Assembly (NCBI GenBank): GCA_002269645.1
Contig: NIVC01000173.1
Span: 62,001-126,000 of the forward strand
Source of the DNA: Macrostomum lignano
Lineage: Eukaryota
Reading direction: 5' to 3'
Length of the DNA: 64,000 nucleotides
In this document: in pieces, positions 50,329-61,615 of the stretch
Layout of the letters: each line of letters begins with the position of its first letter
Numbering within the stretch: the first letter of the stretch is position 1
Notes under the pieces: model-generated
What the model was told of the DNA's origin: nothing
Seen by the model: the letters and a program-made list of their open reading frames with translations, nothing else
The model's database searches: none
Made by a program: the position numbers and the translations under genes

Positions 50329-52931
50329 CATAGACAGACAAACAGACAGACACACAGACAGACTGAAAAACTAGGACAGACACTGGGGCAGACACCAGGA
50401 TAGACACCAGGACAGACACCAGGACAGACACCAGGACAGACACCAGGACAGACACCAGGGCGGACACCAGGGCAGACACCAGGACAGACACCAGGACAGA
50501 CACCAGGACAGACACCAGGACAGACACCAGGACAGACACCAGGACAGACACCAGGACAGACACCAGGACAGACACCAGAACAGACACCAGGACAGACACC
50601 AGAACAGACACCAGGACAGACACCAGGACAGACACCAGAACAGACACCAGGACAGACACCAGAACAGACACCAGGACAGACACCAGAACAGACACCAGGA
50701 CAGACACCAGGACAGACACCAGGACAGACACTAGGACAGACACCAGGATAGACACCAGGACAGACACCAGGAGAGATACTAGGACAGACACCAGGACAGA
50801 CACTAGGACAGACACCAGGACAGACACCAGGACAGACACTAGGACAGACACCAGGACAGACACCAGGACAGACACCAGGACAGACACCAGGACAGACACC
50901 AGGACAGACACCAGGACAGACACTAGGGCAGACACCAGGATAGACACCAGGACAGACACCAGGAGAGATACTAGGACAGACACCAGGACAGAAACCAGGA
51001 CAGACACCAGGACAGACACCAGGACAGACACCAGGACAGACACCAGGACAGACACTAGGACAGACACCAGGACAGACACCAGGACAGACGCCAGGACAGA
51101 CACCAGGACAGAAACCAGGACAGACACCAGGACAGACACCAGGACAGACACCAGGACAGAAACCAGGACAGACACCAGGACAGACACCAGGACAGACGCC
51201 AAGACAGACACCAGCCCCAGCCACTCACAGATGATGATGCCAGGCCCGCGGTGCGGTGTTGGCGGCGGTGAACAGGGCGAAGGCCACAGCAGGCAGGCTG
51301 CGGTTCAACAGAGCAAACCCAGTCCATTCGATAATTTCGGCAAGGAAATTCGCGCCAGACACGAGACTGAACAGTCCGCCTGTAATGGATAAAGTGAAAA
51401 TTTATAAAATTTTAGACTTCATACTGGGGCACAAAAAATTGCAATCAGAAACTTACCATGAGGGATTTTATAACCTGTCTCGCCAGGTTTCCGAAGCGAA
51501 CGCAAAATCTGATCAGAATGGATATTGCCTGCCATACCAGCTGCGAAGAGGGCATAGCCGGCTGCCGCTGTGTAGGCAAAAGAAGTTTGAGAGAAATCAA
51601 AATTATAATATAGACCTTAAATCCATTGAAACATATGCATGCTATTATTGAATCTCTGTTGTATTCTTGATAAACAGTAAACACTTGAGAAAATAAATTA
51701 ACCCTAAGCAACACACCTGAACCCTAAGCAAAATACCTGGACCCTAAGAAACACACATGAACCCTAAACAGTACACCTGAACCCTAAGCAATACACCTGA
51801 ACCCTAAGCAAAATACCAGAACCCTAAGCAACACACTTAAACCCTAAGCAACACACATTAACATTAAGTAAAACACCTGAATCCTAAACAAGATCCTTAC
51901 AAAACTGAATATGAAGCAATAACCTTTAAATAACATTTTAAATCATATTCAATGATTTCGAATCATTGAAAATTTGGGCGTTTCAGATTTCGGAATTTTG
52001 GCATTTCAGATAAGTGCCTTCGGCATTCGGCATTTGGCATTTCGGAAAATAACATAGAAAAACATTTCTATATCCCAAACAATAAATCACACCTAAACCT
52101 TAACCAAAATACCTGAACAATAAGCCCTAAATAATATAATAGGCCTAAGCTTTAAGCAATAAGCTATAAAGCTTATTTATTAAAATATAAATATAAATAA
52201 AAACAACAAGGCTTTATCTAAATTCTTAAAAATACTTTAGCCCCTAAAATGTATAAAAAGCATATAGAAAATAATATAGCTAGCCAAACTCCAGCTATCA
52301 AACACAATTAAAGAAACCTTTATAACATTAAAAATATAATTGCTAAGTTCTATAATCAATCATGATAAAAAATCATAATAAAATGGAAATACTTACATAT
52401 AAAATCCCAATGAAAATAACCATAATTGATTATGTATGATGACTGCAGGTAGCCATTATAGATGCAGAAAATAAATGCCAATAGAAATGGCACTGCTGGC
52501 ATTGGCTTGCCTTCTCTGATCAGCATGGGATATATCAAGGACCTGTAATTCAGTAGCTACAACATATATAAGTTAAAAAAATTATCGCAAATACATTTTC
52601 TCTCTACACAAACCAGTGTATTACAAGTTGATATTTAGGCCTACCTTTGAAAGTAGTGCATAATAAAAGGAGCAAGCAAGAGAATTGCGTCCCTGACATT
52701 TGCTGAGTCACTTGTCTTAAAAAATAATAGTTCAATTATAAAATATACAGGAATTAAGAAGGCAGGAATTTCTTGAATTAGCCAAGCAATTTTGGCTGGA
52801 ACTGGTGGTCCAAACGCTGAATTAGCATTGCGGCCATAGGGTGAAGGGACAAAGAGCAAAACAAAGAATGCTACAATACCAGATACAATCATTGTCATCG
52901 ACAGATAGAACAAAAGCTCACTGTGGATCAT
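50036..52931 (-). CDS. SRD5A1: 3-oxo-5-alpha-steroid 4-dehydrogenase (steroid 5-alpha-reductase, SRD5A1/2 / DET2 type), 5 exons, 254 aa
   Basis: Exons 52645-52931, 52397-52542, 51457-51567, 51229-51379, 50036-50105; phase-consistent, 765 nt. Motifs: PYGR, AWLIQEIP, HYFQRSLIYP, NGYLQS, NIHSDQILRSLRKPGETGYKIPHGGLF, ANFLAEIIEWTGFA, PRAWHHHLWYLKKFGDEYPKNRKAILPY. The paralog number is not resolvable. Confidence 0.96.
50142..51213. repeat. (CAGA)n microsatellite grading into a 12-bp unit (GACAGACACCAG) in SRD5A intron 4
   Basis: Directly visible; transition near 50365. Confidence 0.96.
51700..51885. repeat. 20-bp repeat with ACCCTAAGC core in SRD5A intron 2
   Basis: Imperfect tandem copies; the same 9-mer is tandemly repeated at 54929-54987. 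Confidence 0.8.
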
Positions 52932-53630
52932 TTTAACTCGACGAAAATTTCCAACGGAGCTACAGCAAATCTAAATTTTACAAAATAAAATAATAGATTA
53001 GATCCGACACTAGCCTGTATTGGATTTTTTAAAAATAAATAACAGACTATAGGTTAAATATTCCACGCGAAGCCTTCTCAAAATCATTATGCAATTTAAA
53101 ATGATCAAAGTTGCAAATTAAAATTTTTCAATGTAAACAGCACCAGTTAAACCAAAGTTAATTTGATAGGCACAAAGAATTAAAATTAGCTATAAAAAAT
53201 TGCTTTTAAAAAAATACATAAAATACTTTAATTGTGCATACTAAACATCTTTTAAGTTGTTCAAAGAATGACATTATTTTCAGACCATTTTCAGGCCCCT
53301 TTCCCGCAAATTGCATGAATCGCAACAATTCGCTCATATCCGGTAACTCTTTTGATAGCGTTAGCGAAATTCCGCTTTTTTTCTTTTAGCGAACTAGCAA
53401 CTTTTCGCTCATTTTTCAGTTTGAAAATTAGCAGATTTTGTCTGCTAATTTTGATTCAGAGATAGTGGATCGAAAAATAATATAAAATTAGTTTACTATA
53501 ACTGCCCTCACAGCCAGCGCCGGGAATGATATTCGACAACATCAGCCTTGCACCGTCGCACTTTGCACATGCGCTTCCTTTTAATTAGTCATAGACTATA
53601 GACAGCGGGCCCGGGTTGAAGGGTATACAC

Positions 53631-54688
53631 CAAGGACTTCTAGACTAACAGGACGTAAAACTCAAAGATCGTGCAATTTTTTGGAGGCCACGATTTCCTG
53701 GAAAAAATACACTGCGAAGATAGGAAAAAATCAGTTTTTCGTCACAAAATCTGTGATTGTATTTGATCTGGGGCAGTCAAGACTACCATTCTTTTAATTT
53801 AACATGCACAATATGTTACTCTATTATATTTTCATATAGCTGTGTAGTGAAGTTTTCATTTTCATATTGTTTTCACTTTATTTCATAAGCCCAAAGTTGC
53901 AAACTCACAAGTGGCATTAGGCCTAGCCAAATATCAAATTCAAGAAAAGAAAAGCTATTCAAATTTGTAATATAATAATATTTTTAGCCTTTAAAATAAA
54001 AATTATAAAAGGACTAATCAATGTTTTTTCTTATAGATATCTAGTAAAAATGGTTAGGGCCTATTTTTGTGATTAAAAGTCCATTCTTCTTAAATCTTAG
54101 TCCTAAATATAGGCTTGGCTTAAAAACTGATAATACAGCTTTCTCAAGCCTAGGTAACCAACCATATGAAACTATTTATTGGTAATCTATATATAATAAA
54201 AAATCTAAATGTACTAATCTTTAAGTCATTGTCTAAATTTAATTACTTATTAGGCTAGATAGTGTAGTGATAGGTCTAGTTCTAGTAGGCCTAGGAATTA
54301 GTATAGTTACTAAACCAAAAATAATAGCTTAAGACTAAGAGTACCTACATGCAATGTTTTTATACTTTATTTTAAAAAGAACAACACAAAAAGTTTGGCT
54401 AATGCCACTTGTGAGTTTGCAACTTTGGGCTTATGAAATAAAGTGAAAACAATATGAAAATGAAAACTTCACTACACAGCTATATGAAAATATAATAGAG
54501 TAACATATTGTGCATGTTAAATTAAAAGAATGGTAGTCTTGACTGCCCCAGATCAAATACAATCACAGATTTTGTGACAAAAAACTGATTTTTTCCTATC
54601 TTCGCAGTGTATTTTTTCCAGGAAATCGTGGCCTCCAAAAAATTGCACGATCTTTGAGTTTTACGTCCTGTTAGTCTAGAAGTCCTTG
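53631..54688. mobile_element. Non-autonomous hAT-type / foldback DNA transposon, 1058 bp, ~290-bp TIRs, 8-bp TSD
   Basis: 53631-53920 is the reverse complement of 54399-54688 (one mismatch seen). TSD GTATACAC at 53623-53630 and 54689-54696. Termini CAAGG...CCTTG; AT-rich non-coding interior. Confidence 0.92.
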
Positions 54689-54928
54689 GTATACACGCCA
54701 TCAATTAAAGGCGTGGTCGCCACCAGTCACCTCTGCAGGAGTACATGTACAGCATATCACTGTACAAGGGCGCTGGAAACGAGGACTTCATGCATACATG
54801 TAGGACGTGGGGGTCTTGTAGCTGGTGATCGAGCTTCTAGACTAATTCCCTCCTACGGTAAGCCCCACCAGGATCCAAAAGGGTGGATATATATACTGTA
54901 GTAGCATGACATTGGCACAAAGATGCAG

Positions 54929-54987
54929 ACCCTAAGCACCCTAAGCACCCTAAGCACCCTAAGCACCCTAAGCACCCTAAGCACCCA
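54929..54987. repeat. (ACCCTAAGC)n 9-bp tandem repeat containing the CCCTAA telomere hexamer
   Basis: About 6-7 perfect copies. Confidence 0.9.
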
Positions 54988-55084
54988 AATGGATTTTTTG
55001 GTGGAGGGGACAAAAGCCAAGAATTCTACATGTAACATGTACATTTGAATAATTTTCTACTGTACATTATTTTCAGAATCGGTG

Positions 55085-56062
55085 TTGTCAGCACTCATTT
55101 TGGCGCCACAGGCACTCATTTTAGCACCGCAGGCACTCATTTTAGCACTGCAGGCACTCATTTTAGCACCGCAGGCACTCATTTTGGCACCGCAGGCACT
55201 CATTTTGGCCCCGCAGGCACTCATTTTAGCACCGCAGGCACTCATTTTAGCGCCACAGGCACTCATTTTAGCGCCACAGGCACTCATTTTGGTGCCGCAG
55301 GCATTCATTTTAGCGCCACAGGCACTCATTTTAGCGCCACAGGCACTCATTTTGGTGCCGCAGGCATTCATTTTAGCGCCACAGGCACTCATTTTGGTGC
55401 CGCAGGCATTCATTTTAGCGCCACAGGCACTCATTTTAGCGCCACAGGCACTCATTTTGGTGCCGCAGGCATTCATTTTAGCGCCACAGGCACTCATTTT
55501 GGTGCCGCAGGCATTCATTTTAGCGCCACAGGCACTCATTTTGGTGCCGCAGGCATTCATTTTAGCACCGCAGGCACTCATTTTGGTGCCGCAGGCACTC
55601 ATTTTAGCACCGCAGGCACTCATTTTGGTGCCGCAGGCACTCATTTTAGCGCCACAGGCACTCATTTTAGCACCGCAGGCACTCATTTTGGCACCGCAGG
55701 CACTCATTTTGGCCCCGCAGGCACTCATTTTAGCACCGCAGGCACTCATTTTGGTGCCGCAGGCACTCATTTTAGCGCCACAGGCACTCATTTTAGCGCC
55801 ACAGGCACTCATTTTGGTGCCGCAGGCATTCATTTTAGCGCCACAGGCACTCATTTTAGCGCCACAGGCACTCATTTTGGTGCCGCAGGCATTCATTTTA
55901 GCGCCACAGGCACTCATTTTGGTGCCGCAGGCATTCATTTTAGCGCCACAGGCACTCATTTTAGCGCCACAGGCACTCATTTTGGTGCCGCAGGCATTCA
56001 TTTTAGCGCCACAGGCACTCATTTTGGTGCCGCAGGCATTCATTTTAGCGCCACAGGCACTA
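55085..56062. repeat. 21-bp minisatellite (ACAGGCACTCATTTTAGCGCC)
   Basis: Tandem units; source of the 328-391-aa artefact ORFs. Confidence 0.96.
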
Positions 56063-57339
56063 TATTTTGCCGCTCTGCAGCAAAACTATTGATTTCCATA
56101 GGGTCCCATGGCCATGGTGGGGTGGGGTGGGACAAAGCATTGGTATGCCCCCCCCCCAGATCTTTTACTGGGAGGGACATGTCCCCCAGCTGTCCCCCCA
56201 TTGGCGATGCCCCTGTGTAGTAGATAACGCCATTTTAATGTCTTTCCTCCTACATGTACATGTAGAGATGGGTTCGATGCGGCAGATTAGGGGATGTGGA
56301 AAGTGCAGGTCCCAGAGCTCTCTCGTGGTGCACATCTTACGGGGACGCGGACAAAAACTGCGGACGTAGCACCAATCTAATCCAGCCTTCGCTCTCTAGT
56401 ACTGCTATTAAATATACAGGTTACTATAACAAACTACTGCTCACTAGAACGCTCTTAGTCTTCTTGATATTTAATTGGGTAGGTTTCAGTAACTGGTACC
56501 AAAGCAACCGATATGTAACCAAACTTCCGAACTAAATTTCCAGTGCCAGGTCCACGCTAGGTTGGTTATCTGAGATCGAGAATTGGATCTGATTAAGTAA
56601 TTGCCCAACTGACTACGAGACTTTAGTTGTAATAAAGACGCTTCGTTGGCTTCTTACTGACTTTGATGTCAGTGACGCTTTGGAGCTGTCAGTTCGGAAA
56701 GTTTTGTTTTACATCGGTTGCTTTGGTACCTGTTACTATCCAAACCTATCCAAATAACCAAACAAGTTTCCAAACAACCCTATAATGACGTCACCCGCCA
56801 GCCGCAGCGGAGAAAATGATTTATGATGGAGGATTACGCAACAGCTGCGGGAAATCGCTTGGGGAGATAAGGGGGTCATAAAACTGTCACACACATGAAT
56901 GATTTCAAACAATAGAAAGAAGGTGAAGTTGGTGTGCGGAAGAGTGGGGTGGATGATAAGCAGAGTCATACAATAAAACTATAAAATTAATGCAAGAAGC
57001 CAGCGTTTTCATGTACTTAATTAAGTCTACATAAAAGGCGGAGCGTAAAAAAACTTAAGACAGAAAAGAACAATTATAAATATAACAAGCTGTTGAAACC
57101 CGCGGAATTTGAACCCGGGGAATTCCAATCCCCGGAACTTTTTTTGCATGCATTCTGAAATCTGAGCCCATACTCAAACAAAAACTTGTTAATAGTTAGT
57201 AGGATAGAGGTAAACAAAATGGAGTACATTCGCGTACAATTAGGATTCGAGGCAAACATTGATATTGTTAGCTGGGGTGCTTTTTACTTTAAATAGGCAA
57301 TTAATGTCTGTCTGACTCTAAAACATGTATTGGCAAACT

Positions 57340-58600
57340 CTGGCCTCTGCCTCTGACTCTCCCTACATCCCTTGGATCCTTTGAAACTTCTATCTTCTCT
57401 TCTGTTTCCTCTCTTCTCTCTTGTCCCTCATCTCTCCTCTCTGCTCTCTCTCCTCTCCTCTCTTCTCTTTTTCCTCTCTCCTCTCTCCCCTCTTCTCTTG
57501 TATCTTACCTCATTTTTCTTCTTTTTCATCTCTCTTATCTCATCTCTTTTCTCTTCTTTTCTCTTATTTTCTCTTTCCTCTCCTCCCACTCTTCTCTCGT
57601 CTTTTCCTTCACCTCTCTTCTCTCTCTCTTCTCTCTTTTCATTTCTCTCTGTTTTCCCCCTCACTCTCTGCTTCCCCCCTCTCTCTCTGCTTCCCCCTCT
57701 CTCTCTGCTTCCCCCCTCTCTCTCTGCTTCCCCCTCTCTCTCTGCTTCCCCCCTCTCTCTTATCTCTCCTCTCCCATCTTTTTTCTCCTCTCTACTCTCT
57801 CCCCTCCATTCTCCTCTTTTCTCTCCTCTCGCCTCACTCACTTCTCTCTTTCTTTGTCTCTCCTCTCGTCTCTGTAATCTCTTCTCTCTTATCTCTCTTC
57901 TGTTCTCTCTACTCTCCCATCTCTCGTCTGTTCATTTTCGTCTCTGCTCTCAGCTCATCCCCCTCTTTCATCTGTCATCTTTACTGTCTTATACGTTCTC
58001 TCATTCTGTCCTCTGTACTCTTTTCTTTCACCTCTTTTGTCTCCTCACTTTCCTTTCTCCTTTCTTCTCTTCTCTTCTCTTCCGTCTTCTATATACTCTC
58101 TCCCTCTCTTGTCTCGTCTCTTCTCTCTCCACTCTCCTCCTTTATCTCTCATCTCTCATTTCTCATCTCTCCTTACACCTCTCTCATCTGTACAACCTCA
58201 TCTCTTCTCTCTTCCATTTACTCTCTCATTTCTCCTTTATCCTCTTTACTAACTCCTCTCTGCTCTTCTCTCTGCTCTCCTCTCATCTGCAGCTCTCTCC
58301 TCTCTCCTCTCTACTCGCTCCTCTACACTCTCCTCTCCACTTGCTACTCTACTCGCTCCTCTACTCTTTCCTCTCTACTCGCTCCTCTACTCTCTCCTCT
58401 CTACTCGCTCCTCTACTCTCTCCTCTCTACTCGCACTTCTACTCTCTCCTCTCTACTCGCTCCTCTCTACTCTCTCCTCTCATCGTCCTCACTCCCTCAT
58501 CTTTCCTATTATCTTTTATCTTTTCTCTTATTCCCTCTCTCACCTCTCCTCTCTTTTCTAAAAGTCTGTTCCTTCTTCTCTCCACTCTCAACTGCCTCTC
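57340..58600. repeat. ~1.25-kb polypyrimidine (CT-rich) low-complexity tract
   Basis: Almost exclusively C/T on the + strand. Confidence 0.93.
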
Positions 58601-59199
58601 AGCCATAAGCTGGATTCTTTTCTGGACTTTGAGGTAAAAGTCTGCCCATTCCTGCTTGGAAAGCCAGTTTGTGGGACGTAGTACTCTCATGGCTGTTCTC
58701 ATGCTTTGAGCATGTCATCTTTCTTGCCAATTTGCAGTCCTGAAAGGAATTTGTGTATTTTCAGCTCCACTGCAGTCTGCATCAGTCTAACAACCAAGGA
58801 AATACGCATTTCTTAGGAGGACATTTAAAATTTAAAGTACTTTTAAGAGAAACCTAAAATTTCCATGGTGTGACTAATTTAGTAGGGTTATATTGCATTG
58901 CATTGCCTTTTCATAAACCTTTCGCTTTTACAAACCATGCTGGATTCCCTCGATTTGCCATCCATTGTTAAACTGCTGCAGAGTTTGCCAATACAGAGGA
59001 CAGTGGTTAGAATTTCTCACTAAACTGTCATGGCTAAACGTATCCTCTCCACGCCCGGGGGTACAGACTACAGAGAAGGCTATTAAAAAGTTATTCCAAA
59101 ACACTGTACATTTGCTATGTACATTCAGCCCTATCGCCTGACCCTTCTTCGTCTGGGCTGGGGGAATGAGTGAGTGAGTGGCACAAACAACAGAAAAAG

Positions 59200-59995
59200 C
59201 AGACAAACTTCACATGCTTACAGTTTCTTTTTCGGTTGAGTTACAGAGTTGAAACTTTACATTTAGATAGAGAATGAGTCGATGAAGAATTGTGTCAAGT
59301 TTGAAGTCAATCGCGTTACGTGGAGCAAACTTATGGCAGCTGAAAGTTAGTCGATTTTGAAACCCATTTTACACATCTGGGCCCAGATCGGAATCGGGAA
59401 AGAGAGGCAGGCGGGCGGAGGTTGGGGTGGTTGCTACGATGAAAAAAGCAGCCTAACTTTAAAAGTGCACAGCACCGCTCAGGATTAACTTTGAGACTCG
59501 AAATTTTACACGATTGTGCCAAAATAGTTTAAGATTGTCTGTGTCAAATTTGAAAAGAATCGGTAAAAGTGGAGCGGCGCTATGGAGGATTTAGTGAAAA
59601 AATCGCGTATTTTGAGCAGTTTTTTGTACTTTTAGGTAGGAAGACTTGAGTCTAGGAAATTTAAAGGTAGCCTAAGACATTCTCCGTAGTAAGTTTAGGG
59701 TGGGTGTAAAGTTTGGTGTCATTTGGTCGAGCGGTTTGGGAGTCCATAGCGATCAAAATTGTCCACACACAGACAGAGTTTTGACTTTTATATGTAGAGA
59801 TGCTTTTTTAGGGATGTTAAAATGTGAAAATTAAAAATTAAAATAGCCTAAAGCCTGCTCCGGAAAATTTGCAGTTTTCCCATATAAGTTTCGACGTTGA
59901 CTTGGCAGAATTGTAGGAGTTCACTTGCTACATACAGACAGACAGACATACAGACAGACAAACATCGCGTCAGTTTTAGTATTAGGAAGATGTAG
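59200..59995. mobile_element. Probable Helentron-associated (HINE/DINE-1-like) remnants
   Basis: AAAGTTTGGTG...GGTCGAGCGGTTTGGGAG...CACACACAGACAG...TTTTATATGTAGAGAT, and a second (CAGA)n block followed by TTTTAGTATTAGGAAGAT. These motifs recall invertebrate HINE-type elements. Pattern recognition only. Confidence 0.4.
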
Positions 59996-60380
59996 TTAAA
60001 CATTCAAATACTGATTTTTATTGGAGGCTCGTATATTAACAAGGCATCCTTTTGTGACATGTTTTTTTGTTTTTTTGTTTAATAAAATGCAACTACAATG
60101 TGCATGTATGTTTAACACGAGACTTAGCATTAGTCTGCATTATATACATGTACGTATGGTGTAAATATTGATATACTATTATTGGAACAATATTGGTCGC
60201 AGAGTTATTTTAGTAAACACGGAGAAAAGTACAGTATATATTTAAAAAGTCCGTTTGTAAAAGTATAACAAAGGAAACTTCACCGCCAGAAGTACCAATT
60301 AATATACAAATATTGACAGATTTAGTGGCACATGTTCGTCGATAATCGAATCGCGATCGCATGTAAAATTTAGCTTCAAC

Positions 60381-61148
60381 TCATTTCGATTTGTTTTCAT
60401 GAACAACCAGCAGGCGCCGTCTAGACGCCAGCACTTCGTCAACAAGCCGGGCAGCGTGCAGTCTGAGCAGACTGGTTTCGGAGCCCAGCCTGTTGGCTGA
60501 CTCCAGCAATCCGTTGACCTGGCAGAGCACAGCTTGAGCTGCCTGAGGCTCCAAACGCGGCTTACTACTAACAGTAGCTGCAGGCATAGGAGACCGAGTA
60601 CGACAAACCGGTCTCGTCCGCTTCTGACAGCCACGTCTAGAGGTAGATTTCTTGGAAACAACCGGTGCTGTTGGCAATCTTGACGACAGTTTGTTTTGCT
60701 GTCGGGTACATGTACTTTCGCCATCCTGGAAGCAATCGAGCACAGCGACTGGCGGTTCGACATGTACACTGCTGGCATGCTCAGCAAGTCCTGCAACTGA
60801 CGATGACGGCGGGGGAGACTCTTGCTGATGCTGCGACAGCGGCGGGAGAGGCGGCATGTCGGCGAACAGAAAGTCAAGGTTGTCTTCCATATGGTCGCTA
60901 CCCAGATCTGTCAGAACCATGTCGCTGCCGCTGCTGCTGGGGCTGAGAATGTCCTGGAAGCCAGCGCTGCCGCCGCTGCCGCCGCTGCCGCCGCTGCTGC
61001 TGCTGCTCTCTGAGTCTAGTCGATTCAAACCGAAAGGCTGCTGCTGATTTCGTTTCAACGGAAATATCGACTGAGGACTGTCATGATGAGGATAAAAGTC
61101 TGCTGCTGCTGTTGTTGCCGTCTCTGTAGCGTTGTGGAACTCGGACAT
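60381..61148 (-). CDS. Unknown 255-aa ORF (S/G/P/Q-rich acidic N-part, basic patch, C-terminal amphipathic helix); single exon or terminal exon
   Basis: GC-rich, 768-nt open frame ATG-TGA in AT-rich surroundings, with codon composition like the other genes here. Possible acceptor just before the ATG. No recognised domain. Confidence 0.65.
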   Translation of the reverse strand: MSEFHNATETATTAAADFYPHHDSPQSIFPLKRNQQQPFGLNRLDSESSSSSGGSGGSGGSAGFQDILSPSSSGSDMVLTDLGSDHMEDNLDFLFADMPPLPPLSQHQQESPPPSSSVAGLAEHASSVHVEPPVAVLDCFQDGESTCTRQQNKLSSRLPTAPVVSKKSTSRRGCQKRTRPVCRTRSPMPAATVSSKPRLEPQAAQAVLCQVNGLLESANRLGSETSLLRLHAARLVDEVLASRRRLLVVHENKSK

Positions 61149-61169
61149 TCTTTTAGACGACGTGGTGAA

Positions 61170-61615
61170 GACAATCTTTAACGAGATTAAAGGTGAGATC
61201 GAGGGTCAGATTAAGGGTGACATTAAAGGTGAGATTAAGGGTGAGATTAAAGGTGAAATCGAACTTCAGATTCGGGATGAGATTTTGGGTAAGAGATTAA
61301 GGGTGAGATCGAGGGTGAGATCAAGGGTGAGATCACCTATTAAGGATGTTATCAAGGGTGAGATTAAGGATGAGATAAAGGGAGAGATTAAGGGTGGGAT
61401 CGAAGGTGAGATTAGGGTGAGATGTAGGGTGAGATTAAGGATGAGATCGAGTGGGAGATTAAGGATGAGATAAAGGGAGAGATTAAGGGTGAGATCGAGT
61501 ATGAGATTAAGGATGATTAAGGACAAAGGGAGGGATTAAGGGTGAGATTGAAGGTGAGATTAAAGATAATATCGAGAGTGAGATTAGGGGTGAGATCGAC
61601 GGTGAGATTAAGAGC
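61170..61615. repeat. Degenerate 12-bp GAGATTAAGGGT repeat
   Basis: Imperfect tandem copies; reverse-complement similarity to the ATCTCACC repeats at 1-1190. Confidence 0.8.

Noticed and set aside
50198-51224. VLVS / CPGV repeat ORFs
   Set aside because: A 12-bp repeat inside SRD5A intron 4.
1740-56062. Tandem arrays as CRISPR arrays
   Set aside because: The units are head-to-tail without unique spacers, there are no cas genes, and the context is spliced eukaryotic genes.
56097-56215. Small MITE ending TTGGCGATGCCCCTG
   Set aside because: One end looks like a CAGGGG-type terminus, but no matching TIR or TSD was found.
55045-56220. 328-391-aa repetitive ORFs (GTHFSAT / ALILAPQ / MSACGAK)
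   Set aside because: A 21-bp unit open in several frames on both strands. Variants are mostly amino-acid changing, so there is no sign of coding constraint.
57372-58637. 421- and 395-aa Leu/Ser-rich ORFs
   Set aside because: A CT-only tract cannot easily encode stops on this strand; compositional artefact.
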